Of a stretch of DNA of 64,000 nt, positions 24,700 to 38,200 are shown piece by piece (the first letter of the stretch is position 1; every line of letters begins with the position of its first letter). The DNA lies in NCBI GenBank assembly GCA_016748015.1, contig JAAOMT010000675.1, forward strand, positions 558,001-622,000, read 5' to 3'. Origin of the DNA: Geosiphon pyriformis uo1 (Eukaryota; Fungi; Glomeromycota). The notes under the pieces are model-generated. The model was not told the origin of the DNA, ran no database searches, and was given only the letters and a program-made list of their open reading frames with translations. The position numbers and the translations under genes are program-made.

Positions 24700-25533
24700 T
24701 AGAAATTAGAAATTATAATAATAAGTAAAATAGCCAATTAAAAATAGACATAATAAAAAAAAGAATTTCAGAATTTTTTTTGGAGAATTACAGAATTTCA
24801 AAATTCTAGAATTTTAGAATTTTTGTTAAAAAAATTAAAGAATTTCAAAAAATCTTATATAATATAAATTATGTATATATAGTAAGAGTATTAAAAGCAA
24901 AAAATATATTTAAGACTCAGACAAAACAATAACTAGCAATAACTATTTATTCTATATCTCTCCTTTTAAAAGATAGTTTTCTATAACTTAAAGTAAAATT
25001 ACATTAATATTAATAAAAATATTTATTATCATCTAATCTATGTTATTATTACTTGATTAAAGAAAAATCAATTACTTCTATACTATTAATATTCTATGTT
25101 AATAAGATTCAATACTTAATCACATTAAACTAATAGCTCTTGATTATGGCTATTAATAGAATACTAATTTTTTATTTTTTTTTATTTTTATTTTTATTTT
25201 TTGTTTTGTTTCTTTGTTATTTATTAATTAATTAAAAAAATTAAGCACTAAATATTTGACATTAAAGATAGTTTGGTAAAAAACCTGAAAACAAAAGTAA
25301 AAAACTTAAAAATAATTTATTAAAAAAATATGACTGCCAAAATAAATTGGCTACTATGCTAAAGAAAAAAATTCACAAAAGAAACTATTAATTAAATCTC
25401 TGTCTATTATATAAAAGACTCAACCAAAACCTTCAAACTTCAAATCTTTAAAAATTACCAACATTTTTAGTTATTGAGCACCAAGTTATGAGTTTGTTAT
25501 TTGTTCTAACACCCTAAATAAGCATTTGTAATA
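24700..25533 (+). mobile_element. Eroded solo-LTR-like insertion inside the Sola element (left boundary approximate)
   Basis: Co-linear with 42140-42913 (AATAGCTCTTGAT, ACCAAGTTATGAGTTTGTTATTTG); ends TGTAATA versus TGTAACA. Confidence 0.7.
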
Positions 25534-25594
25534 TCAAGAAGAATAAAAAATAATGGCTTAATCTTATTTTTGTCATTGTTTTGCTTGTAACTTT

Positions 25595-26505
25595 TTAATT
25601 CTTTCTAAAATGTTTTTCTTGCACTGTTGTAATTTTAACTATTAAAACAACTAAGATAAAAATTAGTGATCTACTAATTATTATTCAAAAAACTCAACTG
25701 TTTTTTTCTTGTATTTGCAAAAATTTTAGTTTTTTCTTTAACTGGTTATTTGTCATTTCTAAGACAGCAATGGCAAAGTCTCCATTTTTGAGATTAGTAG
25801 CATTAATCTCAATATGATAAATATTGGGAGCTTCGAGATAATTGTTATAAGCAAATTTTGGTAATACATAAGAGCTGTTGGGAATAATTTCACTAGTTTT
25901 CTCAATTAAAAGGAGATGGTCATCAATATATAAATCAAAATTGGGATAATGTTCTTTAATATAATCTCATCTTGTAGGTTGAACTAATTCTTGTTCTAAA
26001 ACAACCTTAGTTTCAATAAAATCAACCTTGGCTTGTGGAAATTGTCCCCAGGTTTTGTCAAATTTTTTCTTTTTCCCCACTGGATAACCTTTCGCATGTT
26101 TTTTTTTTTAAAGACTGTCACGATAATTAATTCACTAATTAGTTCTTCTTTTAAAGCTTGCAATAATTCTTGGACAATAGACAAAAAAGGGGAACGATCA
26201 TAAAAAGAATGCTGTTCACTATAATGCTGGGTTTCCTTTTCATTTCTTATTCTTTTTAATTCTCCTGAAGCTAATCTTTGAATATTTGTCTTCTCGTTAG
26301 GATCATCTTTATCAATATAAGATCATTCTCATGAATTTATTACATCAGCATTAATCATAAAACCATGCCCTTTAGGACTATGAGTAGGTTTACTAGATTG
26401 TAAACATTCATCTCAATCAGCAATGATTTTTAATTTTTTTCCTTTGAGTTTGACTTGTTCTTTGATAAAAGTGTAAAGGAAATCAATTTCGTTTTGATTA
26501 TTCAT
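25595..26505 (-). pseudogene. Code-4 cargo gene: HAD-superfamily, 5'(3')-deoxyribonucleotidase (NT5C)-like protein with C-terminal TM anchor, ~303 aa, one frameshift in an A11 run
   Basis: Manual translation with TGA=W: IIADWDECL (motif I), LIIVT (II), FDLYIDD (IV), YVLPKFAYN, hydrophobic WVFWIIISRSLIFILVVLIV tail; no introns; TAA stop. Confidence 0.75.
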
Positions 26506-26556
26506 ATTTCTACAGCTTTGGTAATATAAATATGTTTTATCTATTGGCAGTGTAGA

Positions 26557-28031
26557 TTAGATTGGTTCTGGACAAGTGATATCTTTGAATTCATCCCGGA
26601 CAAATGGACGAATATTGTGATAAAGGTATTCTTGCCTTCTGTAATCCAAAGGAGGAGGGCTTAGTACTAGGATTGAAAAGGAATTAATTTCTTTGGTAAT
26701 TTCAGAAACACTTGCTTTTTTAGTTTTTAACAAATTAAATTCTGTATAAGTACCATTAGCAACCAGCTGAGCTTTGACAATGCCAGGGTTAGCTGCTTCA
26801 AATAGAAAATGCTGATACTTTTGTAAACCACTCAATTTCTTAAAGAAAATTCCCAACACGGAATTAAGATCTAAGTATTGAAAGCCTTTGCCGTTTTCAT
26901 AGCACTGAGCTTTGTTTAATCCCGCTGTGCTTGATTTTTTCACAACTTCAACAATATGATCCACACAATCTACGGTTGTTTTTCGATAAAGCTTTTTAAT
27001 CAATCCAAAACTACCATCACACTTAAATTTGGTATGTCCAGGTACCATGAAATTTAATTTGATACTTTCGTAATAACCGCAGATTATTAAATACAGATAA
27101 AATCAAATGGTAGCATTATTTTTATTTTGACCACCCGCATTGTCACAAGTAATCTTCAAATGTTTTTCACCTTTATTCAATTTCTTTATTCCATCGAAGA
27201 CCAGGCTCAGTGTACCATTAGGACCTTTGCCTATTATTTCGCCTTCATCGAGAACGTAATTAATTTGTTCGCGTACTGCTTCATTTTGAATCCCAAATAA
27301 ATGCACTTTACGCGGACTGAGATAATAAATCTTACTTACCTGTTGATCAGAATGTGGAACGTGAACATTTTGTGCTCAATCATAACTGTAATGAGCAGTA
27401 GCGTCAACGTTACAATAATCAGCTTTAACTCCTGTCACAAGATAATTCTCGTCTACTAATTTTCTCTGTTGTTCTGCTAATTTCGTATTTTTGTTGTAAT
27501 AGTTTCTCTCTAATTTAGCCTTAACTAAATGTTCTTTGTACTTTTTTAGTAAATCTTTCGTTTCTTCTTCCTTACGAGCATTATACTGTAAGCCATTCCG
27601 AAAATGTTGGCACGTGTCACATAAATCCGTTCGCGGACTCATGATTTGAATATAAGGNNNNNNNNNNNNNNNNNNNNTGTCGCTAAGTGATTTCTAATGT
27701 TTTCGAAGTGAGTGCGACCAATTCCTAACATGTTGAGATACGTTTTCTGACAAAGAGGCGTATTGCGATCTCAGTAGTAAAAAGTTCTTTTATTAGTACG
27801 CATTTTCTTTTTAAGACGTCGGCTGGCAGTTATTTCTCCACCATTCATTGCTTTCAGCTGGGCCATTAAAAATATGTCTTGTTCGGATCTAGAGAGAGCG
27901 TGAAATGCCTCACGTACTTCAGCAAACTTCTCTCTCGGAATCATTTTTGAACAACCACATTTACAACCTATCTCCAGGAAACGTATTGCTTTTTCGTATT
28001 CGGTTGAACCGTTATCAACATAATCTTTCAT
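26557..28031 (-). CDS. Sola2-like DDD transposase, continuous under code 4 (spans one N gap)
   Basis: GCKCGC, PRTDLCDTC, HYSYD(W)AQ, CDNAGGQNKNN, MVPGHTKFKCDGSFGLIK; the only internal stops are three TGA codons; TAA terminator. Confidence 0.87.
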
Positions 28032-28324
28032 ATACGGTTAATCCTATATATAAATTTTTATCGTTTTGTAAAATTTTCACACCATATTTGGCAAGTTTTA
28101 TTGATTTGATAGTTTTCTGCCAGTGAGAAATTACTATAAATCAGAACAATAACGACTATTGTTCCATTCTTATTGCACTGTCTATGCCCTTTTGCGTTTT
28201 TCTTTTTCGCCTTTTTAGCATAACAGGGGATTAGTAGATGTGACAAAAAAAGACAACATACCGTAAAGGTGGATTTAATGTAAATTAGTTTCATATTAAT
28301 ATTTTTTATATAGAGATAATCCTA

Positions 28325-28380
28325 TATTTATGTCACATAATAGAATGTTCACTTTGTCTGGTTTTGTTGCAGCATGCCCC
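28325..28380 (-). repeat. Right TIR (GC-intact)
   Basis: Ends ...GCAGCATGCCCC; GRG/CYC termini as in Sola2. Confidence 0.9.
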
Positions 28381-28681
28381 AAATATAAAGAATTATGGCC
28401 TTGTTGATAATACAGAGGCCTGTCTAATTTTATGTTAGCTAGGGTCATTCATTTGCTTGGTATTATTGAATCTTTTGCTGTCAGTTTTGGTTTGCATAGA
28501 GCTTGTTTATTTTTTTTAAGTGTAGACAATAGTATAAGAGTTTATGTTGGTGTGTAGTGTTGCCTTGATTGGCCCGAATGGCCAGTCACGTGTAGTAAGC
28601 GCATGAGTCACGTTTAGTTGGAATCACTTAGTTTGCTTCTGTATACTAGATAGTAGTTGGGCTGCACTCGTTAATAAAAAA

Positions 28682-28720
<39 letters not shown>
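28381..28720 (+). mobile_element. Right half of the split LINE: ORF2 end, 3' UTR and (AAT)n tail
   Basis: RVIHLLGIIESFAVSFG...RVYVGV*, family 3' UTR, tail 28673-28720. Confidence 0.85.
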
Positions 28721-28724
<4 letters not shown>

Positions 28725-29240
28725 TACTTTTTTAAATATAAGTTTTTTATTTTAATACATCAATAATTTATTAAAAAGTTTAAGTTAAAAATAAATACAA
28801 TATAACTTTGCTTAAATAATTTTTGTGATTTATTATGTATTTTAATAATAATATATTGAATTTTATTAAATAACATAAACAAATAATCAATAATTTAAAG
28901 TTTAATAAATGACCTTAAAGCAAACTAAAATTATTCTGAAAACCTGATTTATTTTTTATACCAATTTGTGATATTAAAACTAATTGATTAAATCACAATT
29001 TTGTGAATCATGTTTATATAATTGATACATTTTATTGGTACATATTGTTATTTGTGATCAAAATATGTCTTGATATTCTATCAACTGAAGTTAATTAAAG
29101 TGTGTATCCTGATTGCAAGCGGTAACGGTGACTGATGCAAAAAACAGACCAAGTCTTTTAATTTGTAAAGAAATCAGGTTTCACGGTATCACACTTATTT
29201 CCTAACTCGACAAGACCAGGTTCAAAATTCACTTGGCAAA

Positions 29241-31337
<2,097 letters not shown>

Positions 31338-31465
31338 GAATCCAAAAAAAATAGGTCAGTGTTGAAAATAAAAATTCGCCTATTATTTAGAGAATGTCGA
31401 TCTAATTGCTTATAAATTTCACTACTCATAATTAATTTTCGTCTGAATTTTTATATTTTACAACC

Positions 31466-31983
31466 ATGAACGGGGTCTCCATTTTATCTCGAACTGGTTC
31501 TTTCTCGACCGCAGTTTATCGCTCACGCACCCGCATCAGCAATGTGGGTAGCATACGTCGATCGAGTCTTTATCATTTTTCTAACGAGGACGGTGGGGTA
31601 GGTTCGCTCCTTAATAATCGTAACCACTATTATTTTCATTTTTACCAACTTTTCACTATCCTTGATCAAAAGAACCTTCCCTTTGATACTAAGAATAAAA
31701 CTGCCCTAGCTATAAAAATGATACTTTATTTGGGAGCTGGATTTTCCTTTCCTTTCCTTGGTTTGTGTTCCGTGTATTTTCGAATTTGAAGTTGCTCTTT
31801 AAGAGAACCATATTGACTATATAATCATTTCATATTATATCCCAGCTGCTATGTGGCAATTGTGAGTTTTACACCCCTTTACTACTCTTGATGCAATTTT
31901 TTCCTCCAAATATGCTAACTATTTTTACCACTCTTTAAAGCCACAAAGCTGGAAAACCATTGTGGAAGTTTGGACCACCATAA
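31466..31983 (+). CDS. COX7C: Cytochrome c oxidase subunit VIIc (yeast Cox8 orthologue), 4 exons
   Basis: Arg/Ser-rich presequence, HF..EDG|NLPFDTKNK..LAIKMILYLGAGFSFPF|AAMWQ. Confidence 0.85.
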
Positions 31984-32115
31984 ATAGTTTTGCCATTATT
32001 CAAAAGCACAAGAGTAGAAATATAATAATTTACAGAGCCAAATTATCGATCTAATTAACCAACTGCATAAATGAATTTCTAATTTCTGGAAAAAGAATCT
32101 GCGAGGGACTTTACT

Positions 32116-33917
32116 TCAATCCTCGCCAAACCCGTAATCTGCGCTCACCAAAGAAATTAAAGAACCCCCACCTAAGTGTAGACATTATTAGATTTTGAAG
32201 CCCCCTTTCATACTACGTAATAAATAAACTAATCAAGTAATACCTTCACCATTAGAGCCCTTATTGACAGATCCTATCTTCGTTATATCATAATTTGACG
32301 AATTCTTGAGCAAATTGATGCCATTGGTGAAATGCTTATCTTTTTTCTTGACTATCAGGATCTCAGCTTGTTCAGGTAGAGATTTAGTTGAACTTTCTGC
32401 CACCCCATTCCAGTCGTTATCCTTTAAGAAAGGATCAATCTTCAGTTTAGTGTTTACAGCTAGCAAAGCCGATAATTGCAACGCCTTCTCTTTAGGACTT
32501 CTATGAAATATTGATTGCTTCTGTTTTGATCGTTTTATTTTAAAAATAGGTGATGCATTTATTTCCAATTGACGCTTTTTTGCTTGTTCTAAGACTTGAT
32601 CTATTTTATTCTATAGTTAGTAGTTCCATTTGAAGATATTTATAATACGTGAAGGTAGTAAAAAAAATATAAGTTAAACAAACCTGCAAATTCTGTAGTC
32701 TTTGCCGTTAAAATATCTTCTGGAGACTCTGGCAAGAGAGGAATTGCTAAGCCGTTTCGATCACGAATTTCGTCATCCTTGAGCTTCTGTAACCGTATTG
32801 CTTTCTTTTCTTCCTAAACACATTAAATTTTGAAATTTGACATTCAAATACAATACAGTAAAGAATTGACGTATTAACATTCAATTTTACCCTAAACTTC
32901 TTCCGCATTTTTTGGGAGTGTGTGTACGGGTCCGCCCATTGCTTTTCACTTAAAAGCTATTTAATGATTATTAAATTTTGTTATTTCATGAGCGCTCTTT
33001 GGCAATTTTTAGGTAAAATCGGATCAAGACATAACAAACCTGTAGCCGTGTTAGAACAGTTGCATTCTCTGTAGCTTTTTTCTCATCCTTTACAGTATGC
33101 TCCAGTTTATATAAAGAGTCCTCAGCCAACTTCCTCTGCTCATCGTCGTCTTAAAAGTATGTCAGAATTTGCAAAAAATGTTAAATTGATAGTAGGTTTA
33201 TATCTTGCCATACCTTTCAATTTTATAGTTTCGGTATCTTCAGGATCCCAGGTTTCAACTTTTTGCCGAGCACCACCCACGACTATGTATTGCGCATTCT
33301 AAATAATTAAAAGAATTTGGGAATTTTAGATAAATTTTTGAATCCACAAGAAAGGTATTAAAATTAACTTGACCTTTGGATCCGTGTGAATTTCTATCCA
33401 ATTATCGCATAAATGGCATTTCATTCGGAAGCTCCAAATAGGTGTGCTATAGTAATTCCCGACTTTCTTCTTTTCGGCATTATATCGAACACCTAAGATA
33501 TGAGCCGCAAAGTGTTAGTTCCTTATCTAATTAATACTTTAAAAATTAAATTTCCAAAAAGGATCTAAACCTTTTCCTATATGTTTTCCGCAGCCATCAC
33601 ACCAAATGTTGTAAGGCAGTTCAAATCTTGTGTGCGTGTGAAATGGGCGATTGGTTCAGCATTGGTTTGAGAAAAAGTAACATATATGTTTCGAACTTAA
33701 ACTGAGTTTGAAGAAACAAACCTGACAATCAGTATTCCCTGATCAATTTTTCTTGCCCTATCACCAAGTGGGTGTTTGCCAACAAATGCATTAACCGAGC
33801 CCTATATTGAAGGACAAATAGATAAAACACTACTTTTGAAAGAGTTGGAAAAGAAAAAGAAAAACTCCCCTTGCTTGGGTCCCATTCGGGTGGATAATAT
33901 TTATTGAAAGGTTGCAT
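32116..33917 (-). CDS. YJU2B: CWC16-family splicing factor (CCDC130/YJU2B/Saf4-like), multi-exon
   Basis: [77 protein letters not shown]; last exon inferred. Confidence 0.88.
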
Positions 33918-34301
33918 TATGAAGAAAGAGTTCCAAAACTAAAAGTGATAATTAAGGAAAAAGAGGGTCTCAAAAATTATTCACACGTTGGGTAGTCACA
34001 GTAAATACGTAAAATTAATTAAAATTAAGTTACGTTGAAATTTATTTATTGAACTTAAATTAGATTACAAATTTCAATTTAAATATTTTTAAATAAAATA
34101 AAAATTTAAATTATATAATAAATAATTTAAAATTCAAAAATATTTGTGTTTTAAATTATGATACTGGTATTTTATAATGTATATAATTTTATTTTTATAT
34201 AATATAATAAGTTTTATTATTAATTTATATTTTATACATTTTGTTTTTTATAATTAATTTAAATAATGTAAAATAATTATGTTTATTATATATTAAAGTA
34301 A

Positions 34302-34332
<31 letters not shown>

Positions 34333-35220
34333 TAAATTTATTAAAATTGATTTTTTGTATAATAAAAGTATTATATATATTGTTAAAAATATCTATAGTT
34401 TAAAACTCTTTTTTTCTTGTATTTTTATAACCACAACTAAAGCAAAAAGTAAAAAAAAGTTAATACTTTTTTTAATAGTCTTGACATTTAAAAAATTTTT
34501 AAAGATAAAAAAACCAATTAATGTTTTTTATATTGGTTTTTCTAAATAATACAAAATTTAAAACAGTTTTAGCTGTTAATAACTCATTTTTTTGGCTTTA
34601 AATAAGAATTATTTTTCATTTAAAGTTTTTTTCAGGTAACTAATTAAAATTAGTTTTAATATAATTGCTATTAACATAAAAAATTTTAAGATTTTTAACA
34701 ACAAATCAGTAATTAAGCTATTGTTTTTTTTAATATTAAGTTTTTTTATAAAAAAATAAAATATTGGTTTTTTGGTATTTATATTAATTTTGTTATAATA
34801 ATATTAATTATAATATCTTATTTTTATTTATTTGTAAATAATAAAATATTTTTTATTTTGAATAATAATAACAAGAACATATTTATTAAAGCTAATGTTA
34901 ATTTATACATAGTTAAATTGTTTAATACATTAAATTTTAGTTAATTATTGTTGGTTTTAAAAGCAAAAAAAAATTACATAAAATTTTATTAATTAACTTA
35001 TTAAATTATTTAATTTTAAAATTTAAATTAATTAAATAAAAACCAAAATACTGTTTTTTTGGTTTTTTAAAAATATTGCTAATTTTATAATATTTAAAAA
35101 ACAATTACAAGTTGTTAAAAGATTTTTAAATAAATGGTTTTTATTTTAATATTTAATAAAATATAACTGATTACATATAAAAAGTATGTAAATTACATTA
35201 ATTTAGAATTTTAAATAATT

Positions 35221-38200
35221 TTTTTTTTATTGCTTAACGAATAAGATCCAAACACACCCTAATATAATACATTAACCAAGTAATCTAAACTAGGAGTGAA
35301 TTATGTATTTTCTATATATGACCAGCTCCTCAAACTAATCAAAACAATATTAATTGTCTATATAAACTGAAACTATCCAATCTAAACCTGAAAAAAACTT
35401 ACAAGATTTATGAAAACCAAAACCAACTCCTAAAGCATCAGATACACTTAACAATTTAATTATGCTAGCAGAAAAAACCAAAAAAAGCCCAAACACTAAA
35501 ACAAGAACAGATCCATCATGTAGAATTAGACCATTCTTTTCTATAAAAACCTAGTGCTTGACATGAATCAACCAAATCTCTATCTTAAATGCAAAACTAA
35601 ACTTGTGCACAAAGTTCATAATCTTCTGATCTGTAATTTTAGAATCTTTAAAAACAGGTAAAAATTCTTAATATCAATCATTAAAAACAAAACCTTTGCA
35701 CAGAGCTACACACATAACAATATCAGAAAAACAGAAACTCAAACACTATGAAACACAAAAAGACAAATAAGACAAACCAGAAAGCACACTCTATTCATTT
35801 GCATAGGTGTTCAGCAATTATACACAAGTGCCAGAATCAGATGAGCAAGAAAAAACATGATTGAATATCTCAATATTTTCACAAAACAAACACAATACAC
35901 TTGAATAACTATTGGCATACAAACACTTATGTATGGCAACAGGAAGCCAGTAATGTAAAGCTTTCATAAAGTACATATGAACACCAGCAGTGTTTTTACT
36001 AGTAAAACCAGAAACCATATGTGAATCAGGATGCCACACCAAAGATAACTTAAACCAATCAATGTCTGCATGTAATCTGTCCACCACAATCTGAGAGTTT
36101 GAGCCAACCTCTCAATGTATCTAACAAACAGATCAAAAAACATCACAAATAAAGTGCCTAAAATTACAAGAAACCACACTACCACCAGCTTTAATAAAAT
36201 GCTCCTTAATTCAATGAGGTAGATACTGACCAGAAAGAAAAGCAAATCCTGCCAAAGCATTAGCAGCTTTATTCTCTAAAACACCCAAATATTTCTTCAC
36301 TTTGCACCAGCTGATTTTTAAATTTTTATCATAAATGACACTTACAATATGGTGATGTTCAATCTAGCATCAGTTCCAAAAATTTGGATACAACAGAACT
36401 AGCTCAGACTCGCAAGCATCCAAAACAGTCTAACTGTCCGAAAAAAGATGAACCAAGCTGGATGGTGGAATACACTTGAGTGCCAGAACAATAACTTGCA
36501 ATTCCATCATAGTTGATAACACCAAATCAGAGACTCTAACACTCAGGCCCAAACCAATATTCTCAAAAAACACAGTTGCATCAGCCTTCATATTAGTAGT
36601 TCCCAAACCACAAAAAGATTCATCTGTATAAACAGAAAAGAAATTATCACCAACATTTAACAAATAGTCATAAATGACCTTAAAATTGCAAAACTCAAGA
36701 ATGTTTGACAAATTCTTCCCCTTTAACAAAAACAGACCAGCAGAAAAAAAAGCTGAACCACTGAAAAAACAAACAGAGAGGTTAAACTATTTAGGAACAG
36801 GACCATATGGGTCTAATCTCTTCTATTGCTTGAATGTTTTCCAATCAAAAATCACACCATTCTGGTTACAAAGCTGTTCCACAAAAACAATTCCATACTG
36901 TTAAAGCAAAAAAGCACACTTATGAAATTTTGACACACTAAAAACAAAAGACATAGGAGTTCTATCCTAAAAATAAAAAGCATTAGTCATAAGACCATCC
37001 AAAGACAAATCACACTCCAGAAAAATACGGACTATGTTAGCCAAAAAATTGTTTAAAGGATTAACATTCACATAAATTAGAAGAAGCAAAAAGTAACATG
37101 GAAGCCAGTTGAGAACCTAAAAATCATGTAACCTATATACAAACAAATGGCCCAGAACCCCAATAGAATTAGCAAAGCAAACAACAGAAACCAATTTGCC
37201 CTTAGTCTGAATCTGTTCAAAAAATTTCAAATCATAAAGAAAGAGATAGTGAAGTGCATCATTGGAAAAATTATTAGGAAAACCAGATTTGGACTTCAAA
37301 CTCTTGTAAATCATAGTATCCCAGTTATTACATAAACTGACAAGAATGTAACTGAATTGAGTTTTGTAATTAATAATAAGATAAAGAACCATTAAAACCA
37401 AATAAAAAAATTGTTTGTTAGAAACTGCCTTTTTCAAAACCAAATTGGTAAAAAACCGGATATCTAAATGAGCTTTGGCCAAGCTGGGCTTTGACAAGTC
37501 CTTAGAAAACAAAAAGATATCCAGATAATAATGAGATTCCCTCTGCTTGGCAATAAAAATGGGTGCTCTACTGACTAACAAAAAAGGGTTTGCAACTCTG
37601 CAGTTGATAGGGATCACCACAGTCTTATCATTATTTATAGAAATATTATTGATCCTGAAAAACCCACTGGCAATATTGAGAATATGTTGCATAGCAGCCT
37701 GACTACTATCAATCCAAATTGTGTCATCAATAAAGGCACCAGTAACTAAAAATGAAGTGAGTTTAGTCTGAAATTCCACACATCTGGTCTTTGAAACAAA
37801 ATAAGAATTCAACCTGTATTTATACAAACTTTTCTGTTTCTTAACTTCACACAAAAGTGGATCATAAAATATGCACCAAAGAAGAGGTAAAAAGACTTTC
37901 TCTTGATCTAACCCATCGTGAACCTAATATCTATCAGTTAAACCAAAATTAGTTATAACTCAGTTAACCCAACCATTGTGAATATTACCAAAAAACTTAA
38001 CAAACTTGTCACATATTTTAATTCAGGCCAGACTTCTCTTAAGATGCTCTTACCTGACAGAATCATAAGCCTTATATATGTCTTACAGAACCAGCCATAA
38101 TTCCCAATTTTTTTTAGAGCATTTTCAATCACCAAACCAATAACAAAAATAAGAGACTACATAGTCATATTCTTTAAAACAGAAAAATTGTTACCTCTAA

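Larger units (their letters stand above)
24272..28380 (-). mobile_element. Sola2-type DNA transposon with cargo genes, written in genetic code 4
   Basis: 56-bp TIRs (24272-24327 and 28325-28380, GGGGCATGCTGCAAC...), 4-bp TSD AAAT (24268-24271 and 28381-28384), DDD transposase inside. Confidence 0.9.

Noticed and set aside
26557-28031. Transposase as an ordinary pseudogene with three nonsense mutations
   Set aside because: All stops are TGA at Trp-compatible sites, there are no TGG codons and no TAA/TAG, and this part of the element is little eroded; alternative code use fits better, though homologue alignment is still needed
28058-28294. 78-aa ORF upstream of the transposase as another cargo gene
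   Set aside because: No recognisable motif; cannot be distinguished from chance
24272-28380. Bacterial contig chimerically assembled into the scaffold
   Set aside because: Both ends have TIRs with a matching TSD, the host LINE frame rejoins across it, and it has a nested host LTR and host-type erosion; only the internal N gap at 27658-27677 is unverified
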